Below, one piece after another: positions 1 to 14,711 of a stretch of 64,000 nucleotides of DNA. Origin of the DNA: Paraglomus brasilianum (taxonomy: Eukaryota); assembly GCA_910592345.1 (NCBI GenBank), contig CAJVPI010000001.1, positions 62,001 through 126,000 of the forward strand. The letters run 5' to 3'. Under the pieces are notes generated by a model. The model was given only the letters and a program-made list of their open reading frames with translations. It searched no databases and had not been told where the DNA came from. Numbering within the stretch: the stretch's first letter is position 1; every line of letters starts with the position of its first letter. Both the position numbers and the translations under genes were made by a program.

Positions 1-2127
1 TTGGATGGAGTCTAACATGGCACGTTGGATATCAGAACATGTGTCTTTCCTCTTTCACTGGGTTTATATGGTAAATCCTATCGTCTTGCGACAAAGTAAA
101 AAATTATGTCTTGATTAAATGTACAAAACGGGATCAATGGAAGTTTGTAGACACCAATGGCTCATAGCTATGGAACGTTCCGAGAGCATTCGATTTTAGC
201 TATAATGTCAACGGCACCAACAATAATAATTCGGTTTTCATTGAATATCCTATTGTAATTCTTACCACGCATCATTGGAGTTTCAAAACATTCTTGTGTA
301 AAGACTGGACGAATAGAAAAACATACCCATTCACCACGCGACATGCGTATCACGGGAGAAGAATTTGAACTGTTTCAGCTGAGGACACGCTAACGCCATA
401 TGTTTCTTGGGTGTGATAGCTACAAAGTTGGATAAGTTGTAAGAAGAAATGATCAGCAAGCAGTCAGGCTCTATCGAAGATCTGCCAGCGGGGATTTCAA
501 TACATAATCTTGCCATATGTTACTATCATGGAGAAGGCATGGAGAAGAACGACCGAGCAGCATTTTTGCTAGTGCGCAATTCCACCTCGTTATAACAAGA
601 TCGAGGACGTACAAAAAAAAGATTGAACTATGTCAACAGGAGAGTGCCGAAAGGCGCTTTACGAAAAATGTTATAGTACAATACACGTTATCTGTCAGGA
701 ATCGGGTTAGTAAAAGAGCACCAATGCAATTGGTGCTCGACAAGGACTTGCTGAAGTACAGCATCTGCACAACGAATTGATGCAACCAGAAAGAGATTAC
801 GCGTGATGTCATTAAACCTCAATGACTTTATTAATATAATATAAGCAATTAAACAACGAATAAGAATTCTGAGGTTGCAGTGTGACTTATAAGCACGTAC
901 AGAAACAGTAAAGTTTTATATCACTTTATTTCGATGTATAAATCATGTGGTATTTATAATAAAGACTTAGATTCGTTTGTCATTGAAACTCGATTCAACT
1001 AAATTGACATTCATTCTTCTGATCGATAATAAACTCGGGATACAATCTTTTCTCCATCCATACAACTATTTCAGTAGAATGGATATAGTAATAGACATTT
1101 CCACATTTATTATTTTAATTTATCACAATTGTTAAGAAATAATGCTCGGACGCATTCCATTCGCACACAAGTTTTAGTTTGCCAAACGTCATAACCGACT
1201 CCATGGCGAAGATACCAAGTCATTCAAGCTGCTCACCGGGCATTAGGAAATGAATATTTGCAAGGTATTTGGCTGCGTCCATGTTTCGCGCCTGTAGCTG
1301 TATTAGGACTGAACATCGACACAACTAACTATTCGGATTGCGTAATATCATCTACTCCGTTACTGTTACCATGGTTGATTTATCTTAATTTTTATATGTA
1401 TTTATTTATTTATTTATTTATTGGGTTATATGATCGCACATTTGGATTATGGATGAGAGTGAAAATGAAAGCCATCCATGCCAAATCTTAGAGATCCTAG
1501 CTGAGATTGGGGAATCTATTTATTGATTTCCAACCAAGAGTTTGAAGAGCTTGGAGTAGACATTTTGAGTTCGTAGTGAAATAAAAAATACTCAACAACA
1601 AAGAGAGAGAGAGAGAGAGATTTATTGGATAATTTGATTTTATCCTTACACCCATCCAATTCTCGCATTTTAAATTCCAATCATTTGTGCTTTGGGCCAG
1701 GCTATCTCACATATGATTCGCGCAATTTATGATGTTAGATATCTGTACTAACAAGCATTGCACTAGGAAGAGAGACTCTTTCCCTCTTCAGGAGAAGCTA
1801 TTAGTTCTTTGGGATGAATTTTCGAATTCTGAATTATACTACCGCATCAGCTGTGCCACAATTCCAGAACTTATGGTTATTATGGATATCATTGATTTCG
1901 TTGACTGCATTTCATTCCCTTCAGCATCTTCCGCCCCACCCGATTGTTGACTCTTGCAACATTTGCGGATGTAGGATAGTCATCAGTTAACCGGTTCATT
2001 CACGGAAGATTTTTATTAGTACTGTTATGTGCGGTCACCTGAGAGAGTGTTGTGTTCGATTATGACTCAACCCGATCACGAAAGCATCGGTTGTATTCGC
2101 CGCCGCCGCCGCCACCATGTAATTGCT

Positions 2128-2409
2128 CGTCTGATTTATCGGTTTGATGTTGGACACAAAGGAATCATCGGTTTGGTGTTGGACACAAGGGGATCATCTA
2201 TTCAGTAGAATCCTGGCTACCTTCGTACTGGGTCGGCGTCTCCCATCGTTTTCGCTAATACTGATTGTTCGTTTCATAATAGTCAAATGCTGGAGCGTCT
2301 GATTTATCGGTTTGATGTTGGACACAAGGGGTCATCTATTTAGTAGAATCCTGGCTACCTTCGTGCTGGGTCGGCGTCTCCCATCGTTTTCGCTAATACT
2401 GATTGTTCG
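2128..2409. repeat. Local direct duplication of ~112 bp
   Basis: CGTCTGATTTATCGGTTTGATGTTGGACACAA...CTAATACTGATTGTTCG occurs at ~2128-2271 and ~2296-2409. Confidence 0.9.
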
Positions 2410-5400
2410 CATGCGGTTGAGGAAGGATGCGCTTGTGGTATTTATGTTAGGTGTCAAAATATATTATGTAAAAACATGCGATTGGTATATGATATAGCTT
2501 GTGCTTGGCAAGAATGTCAAGTCAGGATTCTCCGTCAAACTCATTCTTGTCATTAATCTCTTGCATGCCCTGTGAATAGAATTTAAAAATTCACAAACAA
2601 CAGTAAATTATACGTCGTGTATCGAACTAGAGAGTCACTGAAGGTCTAATACAGTTGTCACCCGATTTTGGACGAAGGTCATATCACAATAGCAGAATGA
2701 TATAGTTATAACAGTACTTACAATATATTTAACCACTCGTGCATGAAAATGACAGCTACTTTGTAGAGATCGACAGTAGATCAGTACCAAATCCAGTGCC
2801 TAATAATCGATTTACGCGTTCTGTATCATCAATCAATGTTGGTATATTATCAATAGCTAGTATGATATTTATATTAATCTACTCGTAATCAATAGTTATC
2901 GACCATCTACCATAATATGTTTTCGCAATCTATTTGTTAGTATGATATGATATCTACATATCGATCTTGTATTGTTTGCAGTTATCATAATTTACTGAAT
3001 TTGTCTTTCAAATACATGCCTCGGTCTATAGCTTGATTAAATAACGATATATTGATAAAATTAAGGTAAAGCATTCATTTCGATCAACCTCTTAAAAATA
3101 ATAGTGTTTCAAACCCGCTTGTCTTTAAACCATCAAATCTCTCATTCGATCCTTCCAATGTCAATGCCTGGTGCTGTACTAGAGTGGCAAGCTATCGACG
3201 ACGAAAATCACTATCCATTTCGATAGTAAATCCATCCTTCTTCTTCTTCTTCTTCTTCATATTCGACAACCGTTTCTTTCCACGTGCCCCTTCCAAGCTT
3301 CATGCTATCAAATTTCTCATTCGACGAAAGCCTCTGCTACATCATACCCAGATATCCTCTTGATTTTCCACCCCAACTGTAATCTACAAAGTTCTCATTT
3401 CAATACACTAACTATATCTTAACGGCTGGCGCGGCATTAGGCGGGATCAATATTTCTCTCGTTTTTCATTAACTATCCTTCTATGCTCCTACATCATCAC
3501 ACCACCACCATCACCACCATCACCACCATCACCTTCATTATCATCTTCTTTTATCTGCTGGCAGAACCCATTAATCCTATATATTAGCCAAGTCTTCTTC
3601 CACATCCTTTCCTAAAGTATTTTTTTCTCTTCCAACTCACCCATTTAATTCAACTTTCTAAATCTTCAATTGATACGTGGTGCGCGCCAGCAAATTGTAC
3701 GTGTTCGACAAAATTCTTGTCATTCTAATACGCCCGCACGTGTTCTACTAGTTTCTGTTCGCACATTTCCTAACGCATCATCCATATCATATCTGGTGCA
3801 TTACATACAAAACAGTACGCGCCAGAAAATTGTCTATGTTCGATTTCCCTTATTCCTACATTCTTCAGTCTTCCCCTTACTTTCCAACCCACCACCTAAG
3901 CGGGGCAGTTCTCGTAACCACACTTCCTATATTTTCTATCGGCAGCAACGGCATTATATGTCCGACCGATTCTTTTGGTTTTCACGTGTCCCCACAAGCA
4001 TCCTTCTTGTTAGTTAACTTTGTGCATAAGCATTTCCTTCAGCTCAACTGCTCTTCATCCATCTTTTTCTACTCCATTACCATTACCGAGATTACACACA
4101 TTGCTCATATCCCAACGTTTGTTCTTCCTTCATCACATTGTTCTTGTGCAAACTAAAATAAGAAACAACAGCAAAAGATAGATGAGGAGTTTCTGGAGTT
4201 GCGTCGCGTTAGAGTCGTTTCGCTGGATAATAGTTTAGTGTAACCTCCCCGAAAAAACGCTAGCTATATTAATGCTAACTTATTTATATTTGAATAGATT
4301 CTACATCAACAACTTGAGACGTTCCACTCAAAATACGCAAACAAAGAATTTAACTTGATAAATTAAACACGTTTTTTTAAAATTTGATCAGCTACTAGGC
4401 AATAGGGTCTACCCGTGACCAGCCGGCGATCTCTAGCATATATTGTAAATTAGTTGTGTATGAAAGCTAGTACTAAAAATAAAGATTGCATTTCATATTA
4501 TGCCAAGTTTTTTTACGAGTCAACTCATTGCACTAGGAAAAGAATTTGTGTGCTTTTTCCATACGGACCCGGTTTCAACCCGCTCTTGGTTATTTCATTC
4601 TCCAGTGGGGCTCTCTCTTAAAAAAGCAACTGAGGAATAAATATAGATGCGACAAAACGTCTCTCAAACTTCCAGAGTATAGATAGACACTAAAACCCGA
4701 CACACACACCTGAGGCAGATGTATATTATGATTACTATTCGGTTTTATTAATAACAGCGGTCTTGGTTTGAAAGCAGGATTAGCAGTCATTTTTCGAAGG
4801 TAACGAAAAACCACTCCACCTTACGATACTAGTCAAGCCTTATTACACTTGTCAGGCCGGAATATCGAGAATCGTTAAAGACTTGGACATAAAGGTATAG
4901 CAAACGAATCACGATAATTAGTAATCCGGAGAAGACATGGAAATTCATAGAAGCAGAACTTAATGGTCTACGTGATAAATATTACTGCAAGTTAGATTGT
5001 GAGAATCATAAAAATAGACGCGTACTCGAACCGCCTTCGAAGCTTAAGAAATAAACGTCTTCATGGACTGGGATATATAATAGGCTCGGAGTATCTATCC
5101 CGAGAGGATAAGTTCCAAAATGAATAGTAAAGCAATGTTGGAATGGATCAGAGACCACCCAGAAACCAAACCGTCAATACCAAGGGAAAGTAATGCACCC
5201 CAACAAGATGGAAAACCGATAACTGAAATAGCCAGTATCATAGAACTCATCGCTAGAATATGACAAATAATATCGAAAGGGTAAAGAAATAATTGCAACC
5301 GGTAAAAATCATTAAATTTCTTTCAGAACCATATAATGATGCAAGAACCGTCCCAGAAGACGTGGAGTTAAAAGGGAAATGACGAATGGGAAGTGATAGA

Positions 5401-8400
5401 TAACTCCATACCCAGTTAACCCAAGAAGCTTAGTATATCAGTTTCCATACCATTTGGAAAGAACCTAATTAGTAGATTGTATGAATACCTAATTTTACTA
5501 ACCCAATGAATTAAAAAACAATACCATTATACCCAACCGTCCAACAATACTAACAGTGCAGCAGAAACTGGGGAATCTACGGGAGCGGCCTAGAATACGA
5601 CAAAGAACCCATTGAGTTGCTATGTTCAAAATATCGATCAAAAGAGGGAATGTTTCAAAATATCAACCAAAAATAATAAAATGAATCACTGATAAACGTA
5701 GAACAATTACCGCCGAAAGAGAGGTAAAGATAATAGCTTCGTCAGAAAAGTCAATACATATACGAAAACATCAACCGATCTTCCCAGCAGTAATGCTACA
5801 GAACCGAGCGAACTCGGAATAACAAGCATACGCAAGGCCACAAGCAGAAATACGACCATTACGATAGACTGAAATCTTCTGATAAGAAGAACCATAGCTT
5901 GGCCAAGTTATATTGCAGTGTATAAAAAACGAATGTCTTGTCAAGGGCCTAATTGTACACATAATAGTAACAGTAATGAGTTATATCAACGCAAGAGTTC
6001 GACGATTGGTAAAGTACCTAACCAATCCAACAAAAAACGCGTAGAATAACCAAAGAGCATGTTAAAATGGATTCGAGCTTACCGCGAGCCTTCGTAGTCG
6101 TTGATGTTAATATTTAATACTTAGTAGGAAGACAACTTGTCAAGACAACAGCAACAAATCGACGTCTACTTCCAAAATGGAGGCTATCATATCTGACATT
6201 CCCAGTAAAGGAAAGAAACCTTGAGATGAGTAAACAGACTTTATGATCACATGATATCTGAATTCTCGTAAGAATTCTCGGCTAATACCAATGACTTTCG
6301 TACCTTCTTTCTTCTTTTTCTGCCCAACACACACACAGCACACTAGAACATTTGCGTTGTCAATAAACTTTAACCCGCAATAAAAGGTTGGGAAGAGTGC
6401 ATTTTGCAACTAGATGGGTTGGTACTCTGTGTATGCATACAAGCATGATATGCTTCTGTTATTTCCAAATTAAATTGATTGATGCCATCTGAAAAGCCGC
6501 TTCTGCCAGGCTGGGAAGATGCCGTAAAAATACATACACACACACACACACACATCAGAAAGTGAACAAGTCGGAAAAAAACGATGGGCCCTGCCTCCGC
6601 GATGTATCAATCTTGTCACACACAGCCATAGTCATTCTTTTTGCTATATTCATATCTCAAATACGTAAACGCTTATCATTTGCACTGAGGATGTATTGGA
6701 TTAACGTTAATGAGTTAGTCATTCTTTGTTTTAGGGTTAGTTTGATGCATCACGCAAACCTTATGATACATTTGTGTAAGACAACCCCTCGTGTATGCAA
6801 GTTGTTTTGTTATTCGTCACATGTGTGTTCGATGAACACCCCAATTTCGTAATAGGGCTCCTGCCCCATCCACGTTATGCGTATCAAGTCCACCAATACA
6901 AGACTGCTGGAATCGACTATTACGTGCCCTATGCTTTAAAGGCAAGTCGTCACTTGCACCGTACAACGACTGGCTCCATATGCAATGACAGATAGTTGAG
7001 TGTTCTCATGCTATGAAATTCTACAAGGATGTAGGCTATTATGGAAACGGTTATGCTCTCCATACTTAAAGAGTATTGTAAAAAGAACGACAATCCAAGG
7101 AAGCTTATCAAACATGTAACATCCTCGAATCCTCGTACACCAACAATACACAATAATGTAATTTGAGAACCTCGTATAGACTTTTGTGTAAAATGATTAT
7201 TTCTTGACTACCATTATCACTTTGTTATACACTTTTCCCTCAAGATTTTCAAGACATGATGGTATACTAAAAGGATCTAGGTTATATTTGACGTACAGTA
7301 ATTGTTTTTATATCGGGTCTTTGTATCTCGATGTTACGTATCATAATAAAGCTGATTATAAATCAGTTGTTGTAATTGAATGTTTAAACGAACGGCATGT
7401 ACTGTATGTGTGTTCTATATAATGTATACTCGGTGTTCTCTAACATATAGCAAGGCGATTAGCCCGTCGCAAAGTATAAAGAACGCATATTCGTTATAAG
7501 ACACTTAAGTCGTCAAAGTAACGCGTCAATTACGAACAGAGATAATCTGAGAGACTTACAAATCGTATAATTGCTTGGAAACTATGATTAAACTGAAAAC
7601 TAAATTTGCAGACGATGGTAATAAAATATTATCGTTGCGTAATTGTAAATAAAAAGAGCATGCACCATTACCATAATAATATTAAATTGCCATTATACTA
7701 ATATTGTCCGTAATATCTGCCAGTCCAAGTTTATAATTAAGTGATTGAGAGAATCTAGACATTATTCCAGTCAAATTATGGGAAACTGTCAAGACATTAA
7801 TGAGAGGTAAAATGCTTGATCAAGCCGTAAAAATACTAGAACGTAAGCATATAATGATAAAAAATTTATGGCATTGATTATGTTGGTTATAAACAAATAA
7901 TATAAGGATAACAAGAATATGATATGGCCACTTCACTGCTAAGCAAAACGATTTAATAATTACTTCTGAATGAATGTATTGGGTATGGAAAAGGTATCAG
8001 ATTGCTGTATAAAACGTTTTATCATGTACTTGCCGACTTGCCTACATATTATTGTATGACACATGCAGACCCTGCCTCTGAGCATTGGGGTCTGTCATGG
8101 AACCTCATTTCTGGACCACTTCCTATGGACCCCATAACAGCAACGACAAAGAAAACGTCTATTTAGGTTTATTGCTTTCCGAGGTTTGGCATATCGATGT
8201 ATATAATCTCATTGGACAAATGACTCGGGTAGTGAAACACAATCTCCAATCGCGTCGTAGATGACACACACAAACAATACTAGCGAAATACAAAGAACAA
8301 CCCCGAGAATATTTGGTAATTGTTTCGGAGACCCCGAACCTACTGCATGAGCTGCTGACTTTGTTGTATTGCGCCACAATAACAAGGGTGACAAGATTCT

Positions 8401-10503
8401 TATCCGGTTCGAGGCTTGGTCATTTGGCGTTCTACCCATTCATTTGTTTATACTGTTTCGGAGTGAAGTTACTCCGAAAAAAACATTGAAAATTAAGTTT
8501 TAATATAACGAGTTTTTTAAAAAAATATTGTGAAAGAACGTCCATCCAATTGAAAATCAATAACAATATTGTGAAACGTGCACTAGAAGGAAGAACGGAA
8601 CAACTTGCTATTTGCTATTCCGATCAAACTTTATTATATGTCTACATGCTTCAAAGCGCACCTGAATGTCTGGAATTTGGCAAGTATGATTAGAAAATAA
8701 TCTGCTATATAACATGTCTATTGGGGTAAGTGAATACGCACTTGATAAATTAGGAGCTCAAGAACTCCCAAATAATCAGGGATATTATTAGGCTTAACAC
8801 AACAATAAATATCCAAATGCAATATGACGAATCTAAACCTGTTCTTTGTAGGTTTAGGTAATTCGGTCACTCGATAAATAGACGGAAGATTCGCATGCAT
8901 AAAAAGGTCCGGCTGTATGAGAAAGACGTTAAAACTATTCGGTTTATAAGACTGCTTGGGAGAAATTGAAAGAGAAATGGCTCTTGTATACCCCCTTTTG
9001 AATTGATGTTGTTTTTTCTGACTATTGTTAATGCCATTCACGATAGGATATCGCTACTGTAAGCATTTTGTATTATGGAAACTTCGGAGTTAGTATATAT
9101 TCCCTCCATATGTGCACAAGAATACAGTGTACAACGAACTTCTGATTGCACGAATCAGACGAGTCAATTCAATCTTTTTATATATTTAGACTACTTTGGA
9201 TTTCGCGGCGGGCTCGTACTTTTTGGATTGAAAAAACAACAAAACAAAATAAAAGACTTTAACTCTTTTAGACGTTTGTTTAAGTCAACCCAATATTTTG
9301 TGTCGTTTTTGACCAAGTAGAAGAACAAACGGCAGTACCGACGAATACCCAGGTCGAGTAAAAAAAAAGAAATAAAATAAAGGAAGACACGGCTCCGAGT
9401 TATACTGGTGAGTATGTATGGACAAGGGTAGTAATATAGTCAAGAGTATTATAAAATCTACGGGGAAAAAACATGATATTTTGTTATAAAACAGTATGTC
9501 GGTAAGGGGTTGGACTTGCGTTCTTATCACAACTTTGACCGACTTATGCAACGTGAAAGTTTGGTAACTATGTTTAATTAACGTATTATCTCAATAGTAA
9601 TAGGGAGCCTTAATTAAGTTTACGTTTAGTAGCAATCAATAATAGCTGATTAAGCTTTGGTTAAAACCCCGCGCGCGGTGTAAACGATCATATATTTCAG
9701 CTACGAAAGCGGGAGTTGAAGAGTCGATAACGGTAACTTTTGTTTAGTCTCTATCTTGTGGGGGGAAGATCAGTCGTATGAAAAGACTATAGGTAAAGCA
9801 ACAGAGTGTATCGGGTTGTTATTTTAATGGGCAATATTGGCCAAGTGTAATGGGTTTACAATTTCATCTCTCATATCTATCGCTTTGTTCTACCTTTTTG
9901 ACAGTACTACATGTCCATACAATGGATCAAGAAAACAGCTTGCTTTCGAATCCGGTCTGAGAACGCCAGACAGGGGCTATCGAATCAACGATATGGAGCA
10001 GTAAACGTCCAATTTCATGGAGATGTCTTTCCTATACGGCTACCAATATTTGAGCTAATGATTTAATAGCGTTAACGTTAACATCATAGAATCCTTTAAT
10101 TTATTGCTTACTTTTCTTCTCTCTAGGATTTTTTTACGTAATACGGGGGGGTCTTTACAGATGACGCAATTTATAATCACCTATTGCAGGGCTCACATGT
10201 GCAAGTGTACCAACTATGTAAGCTATATATTTTTAGATAATACGTACTACACAGCCAATTCACTACTCTAATCCCCAATCTTTAACATCCGCATACTATT
10301 TAATTGTGATAAATTATCAGAACTGGACTGGCTGAAGCATTTTATCAGTACCATGCCTGACTCTCCCTACATCAAGAACCGATCAAAGACGGCCAATCAG
10401 CAGGTTGTCTTTGTGGACGGCTGACGTACAAAAAACCATCATATTGAACCAAAGATGCACAGCTGCTCGATGAATTTCAGGTGATGGTCATTTTAATGTT
10501 CTA

Positions 10504-10596
10504 AACCGATCTGGGATCTGATATATTCTCATTGGTCAATCTTCCTTAATTAGGTCACCTGATATTAATGAGAATATATCAGATCCCAGATCGGTT
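10504..10596. repeat. Perfect 30-bp inverted repeat with 33-nt loop
   Basis: AACCGATCTGGGATCTGATATATTCTCATT (10504-10533) is the exact reverse complement of 10567-10596. Confidence 0.95.
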
Positions 10597-11715
10597 CAAC
10601 GACCAGATCGGTCTAGTACAAATATAACGATATTGTCAAGCAGTTGATTGGCAGGTAACTAATTGTTGCTATCGTAGTACATCAGAAGTGAATTACTATC
10701 ATCATCAAATTAGACCGATGCCGAAACCTAAAAAAAAAAACGAAACCTCAAATTAGATCGATGCACACTCACGTCGATGATATTCAATCTTCAGGTAATA
10801 ATTTTTTTACAAGTTCTTATGCATCAGTACGATGTTGTTAAAATTGAGGACATTGATCGTAACGTCAATAATGTTTACTTGAAATAATCAGTGATATATT
10901 ACTATCAAATTAAAAAGGCTAAAGAGACATATATCCGCCAATATCTACCAGGTGAATGGTAACACGCACCAAGTAAATATTTGAAATGTAATTGGTGAAT
11001 AATAAGGTTGTGCATGATACAACGATGGAATTAACAAAATTTGATAACATTGAGAGAAAAAAAAAGTAAAAAATTTCGCTGGTAATCGTTGAATTTATAC
11101 AATAAAGTAATATTTGGCCTTATTTCCATTTATTTACCATGAATAGTTATGGAACTACACCGTTATCGGTAACATAAGTATGACGCAGATTTGCTAAATA
11201 CGGTAAATATTTGACATAAATGTGAAATTAATATAGATAATTCGTGGAGTTTTTTAATTTCGTTGAAATTTTAGTCAGATTTTGAGTTTTTCATTCTATG
11301 TCATTTTTCATGTTGCTCGTCGTTGTTCGAAATATGTTAGTTACAATAAACCTTCTTTATTAAAGGGGAGAATGATTTATAAATTTAAAATGCAAAAGGC
11401 AAATGTAAAAACAAGCATCATATGTAAGGTGCGTGATCGTTTCATTCACATATCATATATTATCATTTTATTTCTTAATTAGTGACTTTACATTTATATA
11501 CATTTACAAATAAAACCGCCCTCCAAAGAGAAGACTACCAAACTTAAAACCTCTCTACAAAACTGACAATTTACCGAGTCTGTTCCGGAGATATTCGTTG
11601 AGACGGAGCGCATACGAGGGGGTGAACCTCGGCTTTCTCAAATATTCAATCCACCTCCGGATATCGGCATTCTCGACGCATTAAATGATTGACATTATGT
11701 TGTCCGTGCCGTATG

Positions 11716-11831
11716 TTGTCCTTATATTATTCTTATATTGTCCTTATCTGTCCTTATATTGTCCTTATATTTCTTATACTGTCCTTATATTGTCCTTATT
11801 GTCCTTATTATTCTTATTGTCCTTATTGTCT
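11716..11831. repeat. Minisatellite (TTGTCCTTATA / TTGTCCTTA units)
   Basis: About 11 imperfect 9-11 bp units in tandem. Confidence 0.9.
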
Positions 11832-14099
11832 TCTTTTTTTTTTCGCTTCAATGTGAGCGGTCAAACAGCCCCGAGCTGTTTTATATGGCCGCCATAAATG
11901 CCGCTTCGGCTTCAAACTGGGCTCGTTCCTCCGCGGACAAGGTCTGCATGCCCTGGCAGCGACTCCTAGCGGCGAACGGGGGTCACAGGCATCATATATT
12001 GTATTATGGGTAAATTATTTATAAAATGAGGCCTGGTTCGGGCTTGGTTTGAGGTTGCTGTTTTTTTTAAACCATTTTTTTTTAAGATGGGGGAACATGT
12101 AAATTTTGGTATTTATAAAGATTTGAGCAAAATATTTTGTGTACTAGGACAATAGTTACAATGTGTTTACATTTTATTAATTTTTAATAGCGCGGCACAT
12201 ATTTTCGTTATGTTGTTTATAGATTATCTATCATATTGGCATGAATTTATCAATAACGCTTACGCGCAAATATGTGTTAACGGGACTATAATGATAAAAT
12301 TTATTAAATTACAATAGTAAATTTTCTAATACATTTACAAAGGAAAAATTATATAAATTATCTATACATATACAATTGTTATAATACCTAGTGCGTTTGT
12401 CTCATAAACTATTGTAATATACCTGGTACCAATAAAATAATACGTTAAATAGACGCGCTAGACATTTTTGAAACCTGTATCTGGTCAATAGGAAACAGGG
12501 TCACTGTCACAATGGATAAGCAAACGGATAACAGATGAGCCATACGCAATGGACCTTGATTATTACATATTAATAAAAATGGCGTAATCAACACACAACA
12601 AGCTGAAACGTAAAGAGGAGGCGTTGCATCACGCTGTGAAAAGCAAAGCATAAGAGTGAAAAAAAAATGGTTGTTTCTATGTAACACGCAACATGTATGT
12701 GTGTTATGTAACAAGCTCGAATAGTTCGCGTTTTCGCGAGCCTGCAATTGTATTTTTCTTTAAACCTTGCATGTTAAGCAGCTATTTTCTAGTTGCTATA
12801 CGTTAATAGTGTCGTGTTAGTTATTTTAAATTTGTGTATTGACGGTTCTGACATTATCTTGTGTAGCTGTATTAAGAAGATTAGATGTATCTTCTTAGAT
12901 AAAAAGAATTTACGTAGTACAAGTAAATGCCGTGGGAAGGCGAGAAAATTTTTTGTTTCTATGAATATGCTTATAACGGATAGCTTCCTTATCATTATCC
13001 CATATCGGATAGATATGTAAAATAAACTAGCGAATTAAGGTAAACATTATTACATGCTGTGCTGCATACGACTAGTACAAAGGATAAATAAAATAATCAA
13101 GATTGATATCGTTAACGGGGAAGCCTCATTATTGAATTGTCTCGCCCCCAACTTTTGAGATTGAGAAAGGCCCATAGTTTTGTTCTATTGTAGGTAGGTC
13201 ACCAAAGTCCAACATAGTTGGTAAATTTTATACATATTAAAACGTCTATTGCTAATGCCTTGATAGAATGGTTATAATATTAATATTTATTATACGTATA
13301 CATAAATAATAGCGACTGTGATAACAATAAAATAATGTACATCAACAATATAAATGTGACAATAATCGCATACATTTTGATCTCGTAATAATCGCATTTT
13401 GTTGTCACTCTCACATTTGCAGATATCACAGTGATATAGTATAATTGACTTTGATATTACCTATTACTATCGCGTTACATTCAATGGATTTGACCTAAAC
13501 AATTGCCAATACAAAATAAAATTGTTTATGTATCAATTCAAACTGCATATTAATATACAATCATATTTTCTCTCACTCTCTACAAATTTGTTTCATGGGC
13601 CTTATCAATTACCCGAATATATTTTCTTTTGATGACCGACTTTTATACAAATTCGGTAATCGACCCAATTCGGGCCTAATACTAATGTTTTGGATTACTT
13701 GAAGATCTGTTACGCGCTACACGGATGGGGTTTGCTCAAATTGCTTCGACGGTTCTATACAAATAATTTCGGATCAAATGGCCAATAAAAGACAAAGTAA
13801 GATTTTTAATGAACAGTTTATATCGCGTCGTTCTAAAATTAAACCATCCATTTGATATTTTCGTAGAGATATATAATGATGAGCAACAGGCGGAATTGGG
13901 TTTGAACACTCATAATATATCTAACAATGGCACAAATAGCTCTTATGACGCACCTGAACTTAAAATGGCAAGACGCCCAACCCAAAAGGAGGAACAAGCC
14001 CTAGCACAACTCCAGGAAATTTCTACGCGGCCGATAAGCAAAGAAAGAACGAAAGATAAAGAGAAGACAAAGAAGAGGGTAATGGAAAGGGAGAGGTTA

Positions 14100-14382
14100 G
14101 GAGAGAGGGTCAGAGGAAGGGAAAAGGAGGAAGGAAGGGAAAAGGAGGAAGGAAGGGGAAAGGAAGAGGGGGGGAGAAAGAAAGAGATGGAAATATAGAC
14201 AAAAAGATTATAGGGGAATGAGTAAGGATAGTGATGACGAGGATGATAGTAACGAGGATAATGATGACGAGGATGATAGTAACGAGGATAATGATGGCGA
14301 GGATGATAGTAACGACGAGGATAGTGGTGACGAGGTGATAGTAACGAGGATAGTGACGACGGAGATAGTGATGACGGAGATG
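14100..14382. repeat. Purine-rich 18-bp and 30-bp tandem repeats
   Basis: GGAAGGGAAAAGGAGGAA x3, then GATGACGAGGATGATAGTAACGAGGATAAT x3-4. Confidence 0.85.
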
Positions 14383-14711
14383 GGACAGAAAAAGTATGAT
14401 GTAAATGCCATGTCAAAAATCGTCTAATGGTCGAAGTACAGATACAGCCAGTATTTTTGTGCATCGCGAAGAGCCGAATTTTGACATTCTGTCGCTAATT
14501 CCTCCAAATGCTTATACTTCAATGCGTTGGCATACAATTGAGGCAAACTCAAGAGGGGGAAGGTGTACCCAATTACACGATAACTAACGAGAGCAATATC
14601 TAGTTGCTTATTGGTTTCTTTACGTGTTGGTAAAAATGGTTAGAATTACTCAATACGAAAAAAGCTCTCATGTAATCCACGAACACTTTTATTAAAGGCT
14701 TTGCCCAGTGA

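Noticed and set aside
4405..4437. Possible Helitron 3' end (CCCGTG..CCGG..CTAG)
   Set aside because: The hairpin pairs poorly, CTAG is not followed by T, and no matching 5' end or second copy was seen.
4800..6000. A-rich stretch resembling a decayed LTR-retrotransposon gag/protease
   Set aside because: No zinc knuckle, clear protease motif, RT motif or LTR pair could be identified.
13809..14464. 129-173 aa ORFs with EKEEGR / HHYPRYY / acidic repeats
   Set aside because: Open frames are explained by low-complexity tandem repeats; no recognisable domain, though an exon relic cannot be excluded.
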